Of a stretch of DNA of 64,000 bases, positions 20,191-29,077 are shown in pieces. The notes under the pieces were generated by a model. It did no database searches, was not told the DNA's origin, and was given only the letters and a program-made list of their open reading frames with translations. This stretch comes from Actinomycetota bacterium (GTDB lineage Bacteria > Actinomycetota > Actinomycetes > Nanopelagicales > Nanopelagicaceae), in NCBI GenBank assembly GCA_005787575.1, contig SYAN01000097.1, positions 1,497-65,496 on the forward strand, written 5' to 3'. How positions within the stretch are numbered: the stretch's first letter is position 1; every line of letters starts with the position of its first letter. Both the position numbers and the translations under genes were made by a program.

Positions 20191-21129
20191 ATGGCGCAGA
20201 TCAAGATAGCGATTGTCGGCGCTGGAAGTATCGGCGCTGGCTGGGCGATTCTCTTCGCATCAGCAGGAGAGAGAGTCGCTCTCTACGATCCTGAAATCGC
20301 GCAACGCGAAAGCGCAAAGAAGCGGATTGGCGAGCGCCTTTCCCTTTTGAAATCGCATGAGCTACTGGCCGACACCGTGGATCAGGTGCTCAATCGAGTC
20401 GAAGTATTCGATGATTTGGCTACTGCTCTCTCCGGTGCGACCCTCATTCAAGAGTGTGGCCCAGAACGAGTTGATATCAAACGCGAGATCTTCCGTGAGA
20501 TCGAGAGTCACGTAGATCGTGAAGCAATCATCGCGAGTTCCTCATCCGCGATAAAGCCCTCTGAATTCACCAACGAGATGAAGTTCCCCGAGCGTGCGCT
20601 CGTCATCCATCCCGGAAATCCCCCTTACCTCATATTGGTCGGTGAAATAGTTCCATCTTCGCGAACATCAGAGGCGGTAATTGATCGAGTCCGGCAGATT
20701 TTGGAGTCATCGGGGATGAGTGCGGTGCTGGTGCGAAATGAACCACAAGGTTTCGTCTTCAATAGATTGCAGGGCGCGATCCTGCGCGAGGCATACTCTC
20801 TTGTGCGAGATGGAGTTATCTCTGCCAGAGAACTCGATGAAATTATGATCAAAGGACTTGGCAAGAGGTGGGCTCTGATTGGCGCCTTCGGCGCCTCTTC
20901 CCTCAATGTTAAAGGTGGAATACGCGCACATGTTGCTCGTATGGGTGAGAGTTACTACAAAATGGGATTAGAGCGCGGACAAGATGACCCTTGGACTCCA
21001 GATTTAGTGGAGAAAGTCGCATCAGATATGGAGAAGAAATTCCCGGTTGATAACTGGGAGGCAGATGTACTTGCACGAGATGAAGCGCTCATGAAGCTGA
21101 CTCGCCTCATGAAAGAGCTTGGCCGCTAA
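20191..21129 (+). CDS. 3-hydroxyacyl-CoA dehydrogenase-family NAD+ dehydrogenase (lambda-crystallin/L-gulonate- or carnitine-dehydrogenase-like)
   Basis: Rossmann N-terminus IAIVGAGSIGAGWAILFASAGERVALYD plus a C-terminal 3HCDH helical domain. Confidence 0.75.
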   Translation: MAQIKIAIVGAGSIGAGWAILFASAGERVALYDPEIAQRESAKKRIGERLSLLKSHELLADTVDQVLNRVEVFDDLATALSGATLIQECGPERVDIKREIFREIESHVDREAIIASSSSAIKPSEFTNEMKFPERALVIHPGNPPYLILVGEIVPSSRTSEAVIDRVRQILESSGMSAVLVRNEPQGFVFNRLQGAILREAYSLVRDGVISARELDEIMIKGLGKRWALIGAFGASSLNVKGGIRAHVARMGESYYKMGLERGQDDPWTPDLVEKVASDMEKKFPVDNWEADVLARDEALMKLTRLMKELGR

Positions 21130-21941
21130 CTCTTCTTTCGCGAGGAAGTTGCCACCAAAGCTCGGACTCGCTCTAACTCCTCAGTTGTAGGTGCAGCGCT
21201 CTCTTTCAAGTCTTTGGCGACCTTAAGATCCCAACCCGTATTCGCAATGACTTGTTCCACGCTAACTCCAGGGTGCAAAGCGGTTAGCACGAGCTCCTTG
21301 CTTGTTGCCTCTGGCTCCAGAATTCCTAGATCGGTGATGACGTACTTCGGACCATTGCCGATTAATCCATTCCGCTCACGTGAGCCAGGACCATCACCGA
21401 AACCAAGTGAGGTGATGAAATCGATCTTCGGTACGAAAGTTCGCGTTGTCTGCTTGATGATGATGATGACATCCTTGCATGCACCAGCGATCTCGGTCGC
21501 TCCCCCGGCGCCAGGAAGCCTCACCTTTGGATTCTCATAACTCTCACCTATGAACGTCGTATTGATATTTGAGAAGCGATCTATCTGAGCGGCGCCGAGA
21601 AATCCCATATCGATTCGACCAGGTTGTAACCAGTAGTTAAAAATCTCTGGCATTCCAACTACCGATAGCGCTTGGTTAGCTAGCTCACCATCGCCAATAG
21701 AAAGCGGCAGTTTCTGTGGATTTGTATTGACGGTACCTGATTCATAGATCAGAAAGAGATTCGGTGCGTGAGTGGCCTTTGCCAAGATCGCAGCGGTGCT
21801 TGGGATTCCTATCCCAACGAAGCAGATCATGCCATCGCGAAGCGTGCGCGCAGCAGCGATTGTCATCATCTCGTTGCTATTCCAAGGATTCTTCTCGGCT
21901 TCTGATGAAGAACCAGCCCGATTTATCTCGCTGATTGCCAC
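21126..21941 (-). CDS. CoA-transferase subunit B (glutaconate/3-oxoacid type)
   Basis: 271 aa with MMTIAAARTLRDGMICFVGIGIPS...IYESG and a beta-subunit-like layout. Located immediately downstream of subunit A. Confidence 0.78.
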   Translation of the reverse strand: MAISEINRAGSSSEAEKNPWNSNEMMTIAAARTLRDGMICFVGIGIPSTAAILAKATHAPNLFLIYESGTVNTNPQKLPLSIGDGELANQALSVVGMPEIFNYWLQPGRIDMGFLGAAQIDRFSNINTTFIGESYENPKVRLPGAGGATEIAGACKDVIIIIKQTTRTFVPKIDFITSLGFGDGPGSRERNGLIGNGPKYVITDLGILEPEATSKELVLTALHPGVSVEQVIANTGWDLKVAKDLKESAAPTTEELERVRALVATSSRKKS

Positions 21942-21944
21942 CTG

Positions 21945-22781
21945 CTATGCCTCGCTTCCTTGGTAGGCATCGCTGGATTTGGCATATATCTCTTGATCCA
22001 ACCATTTAGTGAAACTCTCACGCTCTTTAGCAACTTCATCCCAAGCGATATACGCATCGTTATCTCGTTCGTAATAGCCAGAAGCGTAGGAAGGCCATGC
22101 GCCCTTGGGAACCACTGCAATATTTGAAATCAGAGCTTCGGGAATGATGATGCTGTTGAACTTAGGGGTGAAACTTTCAACTTGCTCTTCCACCGTTACC
22201 ACTACGCGCTTGGCGGCAAAGACCGCTTCTTTCGAAGACCCTGTGATACCCCATGCCATCACATTTCCTTGACGATCTGCTTGCTGCGCATGAATGATCG
22301 TGACATCTGGATTGATCGCCGCTACAGCGAGGATCTTTTGGTCATCGAATGGAGAATCAATGGTCGCAATATTCTCGGTCTTATCCACTAAGTCTGAGCC
22401 AAAATATCCACGCAGCACCGCAAACGGCATTCCCGATGCTCCGGCCACATATCGGTTGGTCAATCCTGCGTGAGTGTGTTCTTCGATCGTAATCTTTCGC
22501 GGCCAACCATTCTGATAAGCATCTCGAAATCTATGGAGCGAACCAACACCGGGATTTCCACCCCAAGAGAAGATCAATTTCTTCACGCAACCAGCGCCAA
22601 TCAACTGGTCGTAGATGAGATCGGGTGTCAATCGAACTGCCGTGAGCTCTCGTTTGCGCTGTCTGATGATTTCGTGGCCGGCGGCCATCGGAATTAAATG
22701 CGTGAAGCCCTCTAGGGCAATCGTGTCACCATCGTTGACATTGGCCGAGATGGCTTCTTCGAGAGAGGCGAACTTACTCAC
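21945..22781 (-). CDS. CoA-transferase subunit A (glutaconate/3-oxoacid type)
   Basis: Carries DGDTIALEGFTHLIPMAAGHEIIR...FSWGGNPGVGSLHRFRDA. GTG 22781 with GAAGGTGAG upstream is preferred over the ORF-track start at 22868. Confidence 0.78.
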   Translation of the reverse strand: MSKFASLEEAISANVNDGDTIALEGFTHLIPMAAGHEIIRQRKRELTAVRLTPDLIYDQLIGAGCVKKLIFSWGGNPGVGSLHRFRDAYQNGWPRKITIEEHTHAGLTNRYVAGASGMPFAVLRGYFGSDLVDKTENIATIDSPFDDQKILAVAAINPDVTIIHAQQADRQGNVMAWGITGSSKEAVFAAKRVVVTVEEQVESFTPKFNSIIIPEALISNIAVVPKGAWPSYASGYYERDNDAYIAWDEVAKERESFTKWLDQEIYAKSSDAYQGSEA

Positions 22782-22925
22782 CGTCGTCTCACCTTCTCTC
22801 GACCTTGGTATCGCGCCCGAAAAAAACTTGCTCTGAAAATGTTTTCTTCCTAGTACCCAAGGCTCCATATTCTAAGTACAGTCAGACAAGAAACGAAAGT
22901 ACTTTTTATTCGCGGAGGTGTTCGT

Positions 22926-23672
22926 ATGACGAACAGCAAAGTTGTTGTCGTCACTGGAGCTAACTCTGGAATCGGAACATCTATCGCTAATCACTTTTCT
23001 GAAAGCGGTTGTCGAGTCATCTCACTTGATCTCAAAACTGATTCAAAAATCTTGAATTCCGACGTCACTTCCTATCTCTGCGATGTCACCTCTGAGAGTT
23101 CTGCGATTGAAGCCATGAAGCAGGTGCGAAACGAATTCGGCCCTATCGATGTATTAATTGTGAATGCGGGTGTAGTTCCTTCTTGGCAATCTACTGAGAA
23201 TATCGATGTCGAGGATTTCGACCGAGTCATGCGTATCAATCTCCTGGGGTCGGTCATCTCGCTCAAGAGCGCAGTTACACACCTTCGCGCTCCTGGAGCC
23301 AGCGTTGTAATGACCGGATCGATTAATTCATGGAAGGGTGATCCAAATATCGCCAGTTACGTCGCGAGCAAACATGGCATCGCAGGACTAGTCAAGAGCG
23401 CGGCGATGGATCTTGGAAAACGTGGGATCAGGGTTAATGCTGTGGCACCTGGAGCTGTACTGACTGATGCGCTTCGAAAACGTGTTCTCGATCGAAATGA
23501 TAATGACGCGAGTAAAGCCGAGGCCTATCTCGAGAATCTAGCGGCCACGACCACTTCGTTGGGGCGAATCGCTACTATCGCGGACGTGGTCAATGCTGTC
23601 GAATTCCTTGCATCGAATAAGTCAGAGGCAATCACCGGACAACTGATTCATATCGATGGTGGTGTGCTCTAA
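22926..23672 (+). CDS. Short-chain dehydrogenase/reductase (SDR)
   Basis: Carries VTGANSGIG, NAG and the YVASKHG catalytic motif. AGGTG RBS lies upstream. Confidence 0.85.
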   Translation: MTNSKVVVVTGANSGIGTSIANHFSESGCRVISLDLKTDSKILNSDVTSYLCDVTSESSAIEAMKQVRNEFGPIDVLIVNAGVVPSWQSTENIDVEDFDRVMRINLLGSVISLKSAVTHLRAPGASVVMTGSINSWKGDPNIASYVASKHGIAGLVKSAAMDLGKRGIRVNAVAPGAVLTDALRKRVLDRNDNDASKAEAYLENLAATTTSLGRIATIADVVNAVEFLASNKSEAITGQLIHIDGGVL

Positions 23673-24440
23673 ATGAGTCTAGAACTCGAAGGTAAACGAG
23701 TCCTCATCACCGGTGCCTCACGTGGTATCGGAGCAGCTATTGCTTTAGCGATGGCGAAATCTGGTGCGACCGTGATTGCTCACTATGGGAGTTATCCCGA
23801 TGGCGCGAAGGCAAACCTGGCCAAGATCAGTGATGACAAAAAGATATTCATCGGTGCCGATCTTTCTATTCCGGGTGCTGGGAGAAAACTCTGGAGCGAT
23901 GCAATCTCTGCGGTTGGAGAGATTGATGTCTTGGTCAATAACGCCGGTATTAATGTGGAGACTCCATTTGATGGCGATGATGCCTCATGGGATAAGGGCT
24001 GGAGTGAAACTTTTCAAGTCAATGTCTTCGAATCGGCAAATATCGTCCGTGAGTCGGTCAATCACTTCCTCACCAGAGGAGGTGGGATTGTCATCTCGCT
24101 CTCGAGTTGGTCTGGACAGAAAGGTTCTGCGCTACCGACGCTTCCGGCATATGCCGCCTCAAAGGCCGCGGTCAAAGCAATGACCCAGACTGTGGCATCA
24201 AGTTTTGCCAAAGCAGGGATTTACGCCTACATCATCTCGCCTGGAATCGTTAAAACTAGGATGGCTGATCTTGCAGCAGTCGTTCGTGGTGGCGAAGAGA
24301 AGATGAAGGCTGCTCTCGCCATGGGTGAACTTGTCCCACCAGATGAGGTGGGAGAGCTCGCAGTATTTCTCGCTACAGGAAAGTGTCGTCACCTAACTGG
24401 AGCTACGATCGATATAAACGGCGCAAGTTACGTTAGATAG
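23673..24440 (+). CDS. Short-chain dehydrogenase/reductase (SDR), paralog of 9448..10248
   Basis: Carries ITGASRGIG, YAASK and a C-terminal NGASYVR. It aligns along its whole length with the 9448..10248 product. Confidence 0.85.
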   Translation: MSLELEGKRVLITGASRGIGAAIALAMAKSGATVIAHYGSYPDGAKANLAKISDDKKIFIGADLSIPGAGRKLWSDAISAVGEIDVLVNNAGINVETPFDGDDASWDKGWSETFQVNVFESANIVRESVNHFLTRGGGIVISLSSWSGQKGSALPTLPAYAASKAAVKAMTQTVASSFAKAGIYAYIISPGIVKTRMADLAAVVRGGEEKMKAALAMGELVPPDEVGELAVFLATGKCRHLTGATIDINGASYVR

Positions 24441-24471
24441 TAGGCGCTCAGAGAATTGTTGAACAAAATCT

Positions 24472-24939
24472 TTATATGACGTCTTCGAGAATGGATCTAA
24501 AGTCGTGCATGCGATTTCGGTGGAAACCCTCGAATCCACTCGCATAAAGTTTCAGCGCAGCAATCAACCATCTCCCATCGACTTTGCTGAAACGGTAGCG
24601 ATATCCACCCCAGAGATGACCTATCACCTCACTGCCGAAATATTTATGCCAGGCATAGAGATGGCTTGTTCCTGTAGCAACAGTCTCATCCATGAAGGTA
24701 ACAATCTCGTTACTAATGCGATGATTTGTTGATTCGAATCTTGTGCTGGCACCACTTTCAACCATTTTCACTAGATTCGCACGACCATGGATTGGCTCAA
24801 CTTCAGGTCCATAATCGATTCGAGCATCTTCAGTGAAGAGATCACCAAGAGCCTGAGCGTTTTTAGTATCGAAATAGAGGCAATATCGCTTCATCAATGA
24901 TTCAACCTCAAGTATTTCAACGAGCCTATGGTCACTCAC
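24472..24939 (-). CDS. NTF2-like / SnoaL-type fold protein
   Basis: 155 aa. Its size and pattern (IEVESLMKRYCLYFDTKNAQALGDLFTEDARIDYGP) are typical of SnoaL_4-type proteins. Confidence 0.6.
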   Translation of the reverse strand: MSDHRLVEILEVESLMKRYCLYFDTKNAQALGDLFTEDARIDYGPEVEPIHGRANLVKMVESGASTRFESTNHRISNEIVTFMDETVATGTSHLYAWHKYFGSEVIGHLWGGYRYRFSKVDGRWLIAALKLYASGFEGFHRNRMHDFRSILEDVI

Positions 24940-25100
24940 AGCGCCATGCCTTTCGTTGTCGGAACGATTGCCTCAAGGATAGGCCTTGATTCCGAGCAAA
25001 AGTAACTACAGACGAGATGTTCGCAAGGAGAACAACACGAAAAACACTTGCCACGCTTCATTCACAACTCATACCTGCATATGCGAGCATTCCGCTCTAT

Positions 25101-25850
25101 ATGAGCGCCCTCATCTCACTCCGTGGAATCCGTAAATCATTCGGTACTTCTGAAGTCCTCCATGGAATTAATCTCGATGTCTATCCAGGATCGCATACCG
25201 TCATCTTCGGTCCATCTGGGTCTGGCAAATCAACCGTCCTTCGATCCATGAATTTGCTAGAAGAACCCACAGAAGGATCTGTAATTTTTGAAGGCGTCGA
25301 ATACGGTCCGGGATTTCCTGGAGCTGCTACTGCGCGAGGAAAGAAGATTGAGCTGAGAAGGCAAGTCGGAATGGTCTTCCAGCAGTTCAACCTCTTCCCG
25401 CATCTGAGCGCAATCGACAACATTGCACTCTCTGTTCACGCTGTTACTGGCAAATCAAAAGATGAAGCACTAGAGCGCGCCGCGCAAGAATTAAAGAATG
25501 TCGGACTACTCAAGTGGGCGATGAATTACCCAGCCCAATTATCGGGGGGCCAACAACAGCGCGTTGCAATCGCTCGTGCTCTGAGCCTTGATCCCAAACT
25601 CATGCTTTTTGATGAACCAACATCGGCACTGGATCCAGAGTTGGTGGGCGAAGTTCTCGCAGTCATGCGACAGTTCGCCGAAACGGGCATGACCATGGTC
25701 GTCGTCACTCACGAAATGGGATTTGCGAAAGAGATTGGTGATCAATGTATTTTCATGGACCAGGGCTACATTGCAGATTCTGGTGGCGCAGATTTCTTTG
25801 ACACCTGCACCAATAAGCGCACCAAAGAGTTCATTGGATCGGTGCTCTGA
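25101..25850 (+). CDS. Polar amino-acid (PAAT family) ABC transporter ATP-binding protein
   Basis: Walker [10 protein letters not shown], signature [15 protein letters not shown] and Walker [16 protein letters not shown] 25101 ([10 protein letters not shown]..) is preferred. Confidence 0.92.
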   Translation: MSALISLRGIRKSFGTSEVLHGINLDVYPGSHTVIFGPSGSGKSTVLRSMNLLEEPTEGSVIFEGVEYGPGFPGAATARGKKIELRRQVGMVFQQFNLFPHLSAIDNIALSVHAVTGKSKDEALERAAQELKNVGLLKWAMNYPAQLSGGQQQRVAIARALSLDPKLMLFDEPTSALDPELVGEVLAVMRQFAETGMTMVVVTHEMGFAKEIGDQCIFMDQGYIADSGGADFFDTCTNKRTKEFIGSVL

Positions 25851-26596
25851 TGGAGGACACACCCAGGCTCAATTTCATGTGGCACCTGGTCTGGGACTTT
25901 CGCGCCGAATTGCTCCGGGGTTTGCTCACAGCATTTGAAGTTGCTATCACTGCCTTGATTCTCTCTTTGTTTGTCGGCCTCTTATTTGCCCTGATGAAGA
26001 TGAGTCGCTTCGCAATCTGGCGTGGCATTGCCTCCACGTACATCAATATCTTCCGCGGCATACCTGCTCTGGTTAGCGTGGTCTGGGTTTATTTCGGCTG
26101 GTCTCTCCTATTTGGCTACAACTTCACCGTCTATCAGGCAGGTGTTATTGCGCTCACCCTCCTTTACTCCTCATTCTTCGCAGAGATCTTCCGCTCCGCT
26201 CTTGAAGCAGTCCACAAAGGGCAACGTGAAGCTGGTCAAGCTCTAGGTATGTCTCGACTTCGAATATTTAGATCAGTGGTTATGCCGCAGGCGCTCAAGA
26301 TCGCGATACCCAATATTGGGAGTATGTATATCGGAATGATCAAAGATACCTCTACTTTCACAGTCATTGGTCTTGCTGAACTGGTCTTCGTAATGCAGTC
26401 GATAAATGCGGAATACTTCCAACCATTCGTCCTCTTCACCGCGGCTGCCGGACTTTATGTGGCGGCAGCATTCCTTGTTGATTTTGTCTTTAGAATCGTT
26501 GAGGGTGGTTTCAGCTACCCAAAAGTTGGCAGAGTAAAGAGATTTCTCACACGCAGGAAGCGAGCTCAGATCCAGCGATTGGTGGACGCCAATTGA
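25850..26596 (+). CDS. Polar amino-acid ABC transporter permease (His/Glu/Gln/Arg/opine family)
   Basis: Multi-TM protein with the EAA-type loop EAVHKGQREAGQALGMSRLRIFRSVVMPQAL. Its start overlaps the ATPase stop. Confidence 0.9.
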   Translation: MEDTPRLNFMWHLVWDFRAELLRGLLTAFEVAITALILSLFVGLLFALMKMSRFAIWRGIASTYINIFRGIPALVSVVWVYFGWSLLFGYNFTVYQAGVIALTLLYSSFFAEIFRSALEAVHKGQREAGQALGMSRLRIFRSVVMPQALKIAIPNIGSMYIGMIKDTSTFTVIGLAELVFVMQSINAEYFQPFVLFTAAAGLYVAAAFLVDFVFRIVEGGFSYPKVGRVKRFLTRRKRAQIQRLVDAN

Positions 26597-26652
26597 TGGA
26601 TCGACTTCTTGGGCGTGAGAAAGTTGCAATCCCTACCTTCGGAAGGAAAACA

Positions 26653-27477
26653 ATGCGAAAGAAGCTAGCGCTTCTGCTCGCCGGAGTAATGGCCGCCACC
26701 GTTGTTGTAACGGGTACCAGCCAGGCTTCAGCTGCAGAAGACACCTCAAAGCTCAATCTGATAAAGCCAGGATCCCTCGTGGTCTGCATGACTTTGCAGT
26801 TTGTGCCTCAGATGTACCTCAATAAGCGTGGCGCACCAACCGGCTACGACTATGAACTCTTGAGAAAACTCGCTAAAGATCTGGGCCTTACGCTCGAGAT
26901 CCGCAACACTGACTTCAACGGACTGCTGGCAGGTATCAGTGCCAAGCAGTGCGACATGACCTCAGTCGGTCTTCGACGAACCGCTGCCCGCGAACTCTCA
27001 ATGACCTACGCTGGTGAATACATGCCTTACCAGACGATTCTCGCAACCCAGGCTCGCAATAAGCGCGAAGCAACCAGGGCTGCCTGGAACGTTGCAGGCG
27101 TGAAAATCACCTGCTTGAAGGGTGCCGTTGAGTGTGCAGCGATCAAAGACAACTTCCCGAACGCATCAGTTGTCGAGTTCCCGACTCAAGATGGTGCACT
27201 CCTTGAAGTTGCTTCAGGCCGTGCAGATGCAGGTGTACTCGTTACCGCGATCTTCGGCGGATACTCCAAGACCAACCCAGGAGTATTGAAGCGAGTTCCA
27301 CTTGATCCACCAATCGGTTCCTACTTTGGAAACTGGACTGTTCAACTCGGAAACACTGCTCTGGCTACACGGCTACAGAAGTGGCTCTGCGATGCTCAGG
27401 CCAGCGGGCTTATGGCGAAGACATTCCGTCGAGCCATGGGATACCCACTTCCTGCAGAACCTACTTGCGTCAAGTAG
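26653..27477 (+). CDS. Polar amino-acid ABC transporter substrate-binding protein (family 3), secreted
   Basis: GGAAGGA RBS, signal peptide MRKKLALLLAGVMAATVVVTGTSQASA and SBP_bac_3-like sequence (FVPQMY.., DMTSVGL). Confidence 0.85.
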   Translation: MRKKLALLLAGVMAATVVVTGTSQASAAEDTSKLNLIKPGSLVVCMTLQFVPQMYLNKRGAPTGYDYELLRKLAKDLGLTLEIRNTDFNGLLAGISAKQCDMTSVGLRRTAARELSMTYAGEYMPYQTILATQARNKREATRAAWNVAGVKITCLKGAVECAAIKDNFPNASVVEFPTQDGALLEVASGRADAGVLVTAIFGGYSKTNPGVLKRVPLDPPIGSYFGNWTVQLGNTALATRLQKWLCDAQASGLMAKTFRRAMGYPLPAEPTCVK

Positions 27478-27540
27478 TTTGACTGAACTCTGACCAGCGC
27501 CCCTTCTGGGTTCTGATTGGAGTCTGAAAGAAAGTTGATT

Positions 27541-27570
27541 AAGGGGTAACTCAAGATCGAGTTACCCCTT
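27541..27570 (+). terminator. Perfect 12-bp stem-loop after the ABC importer genes
   Basis: AAGGGGTAACTC-aagatc-GAGTTACCCCTT. The downstream T-tract is poor, so it may be a terminator or a processing/stability hairpin. Confidence 0.55.
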
Positions 27571-27574
27571 AATC

Positions 27575-27598
27575 ATTTGTAGACTCTCTTCTACAAAT
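27575..27598. promoter_or_regulatory. Perfect 9-bp inverted repeat, candidate operator upstream of the oxidase genes
   Basis: ATTTGTAGA-ctctct-TCTACAAAT, ~40 nt upstream of ATG 27638. Confidence 0.45.
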
Positions 27599-27637
27599 CG
27601 ACTATCCAAACTAAGTGAAGTGGACACCTGCCAAGTG

Positions 27638-29077
27638 ATGAACACTGACCATGATCTCGTAGTCATTGGTGGCGGGCCCGCGGGAATCGCTGCCGCATCG
27701 ACGGCGGCATCTTTCGGACTGCGCGTGGCAATCATCGATGAGCGAGTCACATTTGGTGGCCAGATATTCAAACGCCTTGGTGATGGTTTCGACCTTGAAT
27801 CTCCCGAAGCACTTGGTAAGGACTACGCGCGCGGTGCGCGACTGATCCAAGAACTAGAGCAAAGCGAAATCTCGAAGTTCAACTCCACAACAGTCTTGAC
27901 TATTGAAGATAATCAGATCATCACTTCACATCCAGTTGACGGAGTGCGGCGTTTCTCCTGCAAAGCCCTGGTGATAGCGCCTGGCGCCTATGACCGCCCA
28001 GTTGTATTCCCGGGATGGACTCTTCCTGGAGTGATGACCGCTGGCGCAGTTCAGACTCTTGTAAAGACACAACAAATCTCACCTGGAAAAAGAATCTTCT
28101 TCGCGGGTAGTGGACCACTCGCACTTGCTTTCTCGGCACAGTTGATCAAATACGGCGCACCTGTATTCAAAGTAATTGAAAGCGCTCCGTTCCCCTCTCC
28201 GACGAAACTTCTTGGACTTCTTTCAAGCATCAAAGGAAATTGGGACTTAGCCGGCGACGCCATTCGCTACAGAGCAACTCTCCTTTCACATCACGTTCCA
28301 TTTCACTATGGACGAATCATCACCAAAGCTGAAGGTTCAGGAAGAGTGGAAGCAGTCACCCACGCGCGGGTCGATAAAGATTGGAATCCGATTAAGGGAA
28401 CGGAGATAGTCGAGCCTGCCGACACGCTATGTCTTGGCTATGGCTTCTTCCCGTCCCACGAACTCTTTCGACTCCTGGACTGCGATTTTGATTACGACGA
28501 GACTCGTGGTGGCTTCACAGTTTCAAAGGATTCTTGGGGTCTGACAAAGAGTAGTTCGCCTCTTGCCATCTATGCCGTGGGAGATGGGACTGGGGTAACT
28601 GGTTCCTACTCTGCCGAGGCCCAGGGGCGCCTGGCTGGATTACATATTGCAAACCACCTCGGATCACTCTCGACTCAAGAGCGCGACAGGAGATCAAAGA
28701 ATTTCCGCAAAGAACTCCAGCAACGCAACGATTTCCAGAGAGCTATCAACAAAATGTTCGAAGTGAAGCAGGGAATTTATCGATTAGCTGAAGCCAACAC
28801 TGTGATCTGTCGATGCGAAAGTGTGCGAGCGAAAGAAATTGATCCGGTAATAGATTCAACCTGCGACGTTTCGGTCGTTAAGTCGTACTCAAGGGCTGGG
28901 ATGGGGCTATGTCAGGCTAGGAATTGCCAGCGCCAGATCGCTGCGATGATCGCAATCAGGCACAAGATTTCAATTTCTGAGATCCCCTTCCAAACCCCTC
29001 GCATGCCGGTCAAACCGGTTGAGATTGGCAAAATTGCCGACCCCTCGATTCGCGAAGAGAAATACTTCATTCAATGA
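27638..29077 (+). CDS. HcnB/OoxA-like FAD/NAD(P)-dependent oxidoreductase subunit with BFD-like [2Fe-2S] domain
   Basis: Carries DLVVIGGGPAGIAAA, a second dinucleotide fold (FFAGSGPLAL), and VICRCESV...GLCQARNC. It is a paralog of residues ~180-584 of the 10322..12076 product. Confidence 0.82.
   Translation: MNTDHDLVVIGGGPAGIAAASTAASFGLRVAIIDERVTFGGQIFKRLGDGFDLESPEALGKDYARGARLIQELEQSEISKFNSTTVLTIEDNQIITSHPVDGVRRFSCKALVIAPGAYDRPVVFPGWTLPGVMTAGAVQTLVKTQQISPGKRIFFAGSGPLALAFSAQLIKYGAPVFKVIESAPFPSPTKLLGLLSSIKGNWDLAGDAIRYRATLLSHHVPFHYGRIITKAEGSGRVEAVTHARVDKDWNPIKGTEIVEPADTLCLGYGFFPSHELFRLLDCDFDYDETRGGFTVSKDSWGLTKSSSPLAIYAVGDGTGVTGSYSAEAQGRLAGLHIANHLGSLSTQERDRRSKNFRKELQQRNDFQRAINKMFEVKQGIYRLAEANTVICRCESVRAKEIDPVIDSTCDVSVVKSYSRAGMGLCQARNCQRQIAAMIAIRHKISISEIPFQTPRMPVKPVEIGKIADPSIREEKYFIQ

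Noticed and set aside
21456-21470. (GAT)n trinucleotide run (also ATC runs near 10775..10790)
   Set aside because: These are short, in-frame runs that simply encode Ile/Asp runs (VIIIIK, IIIID) inside well-supported enzymes. They have no microsatellite-like length.
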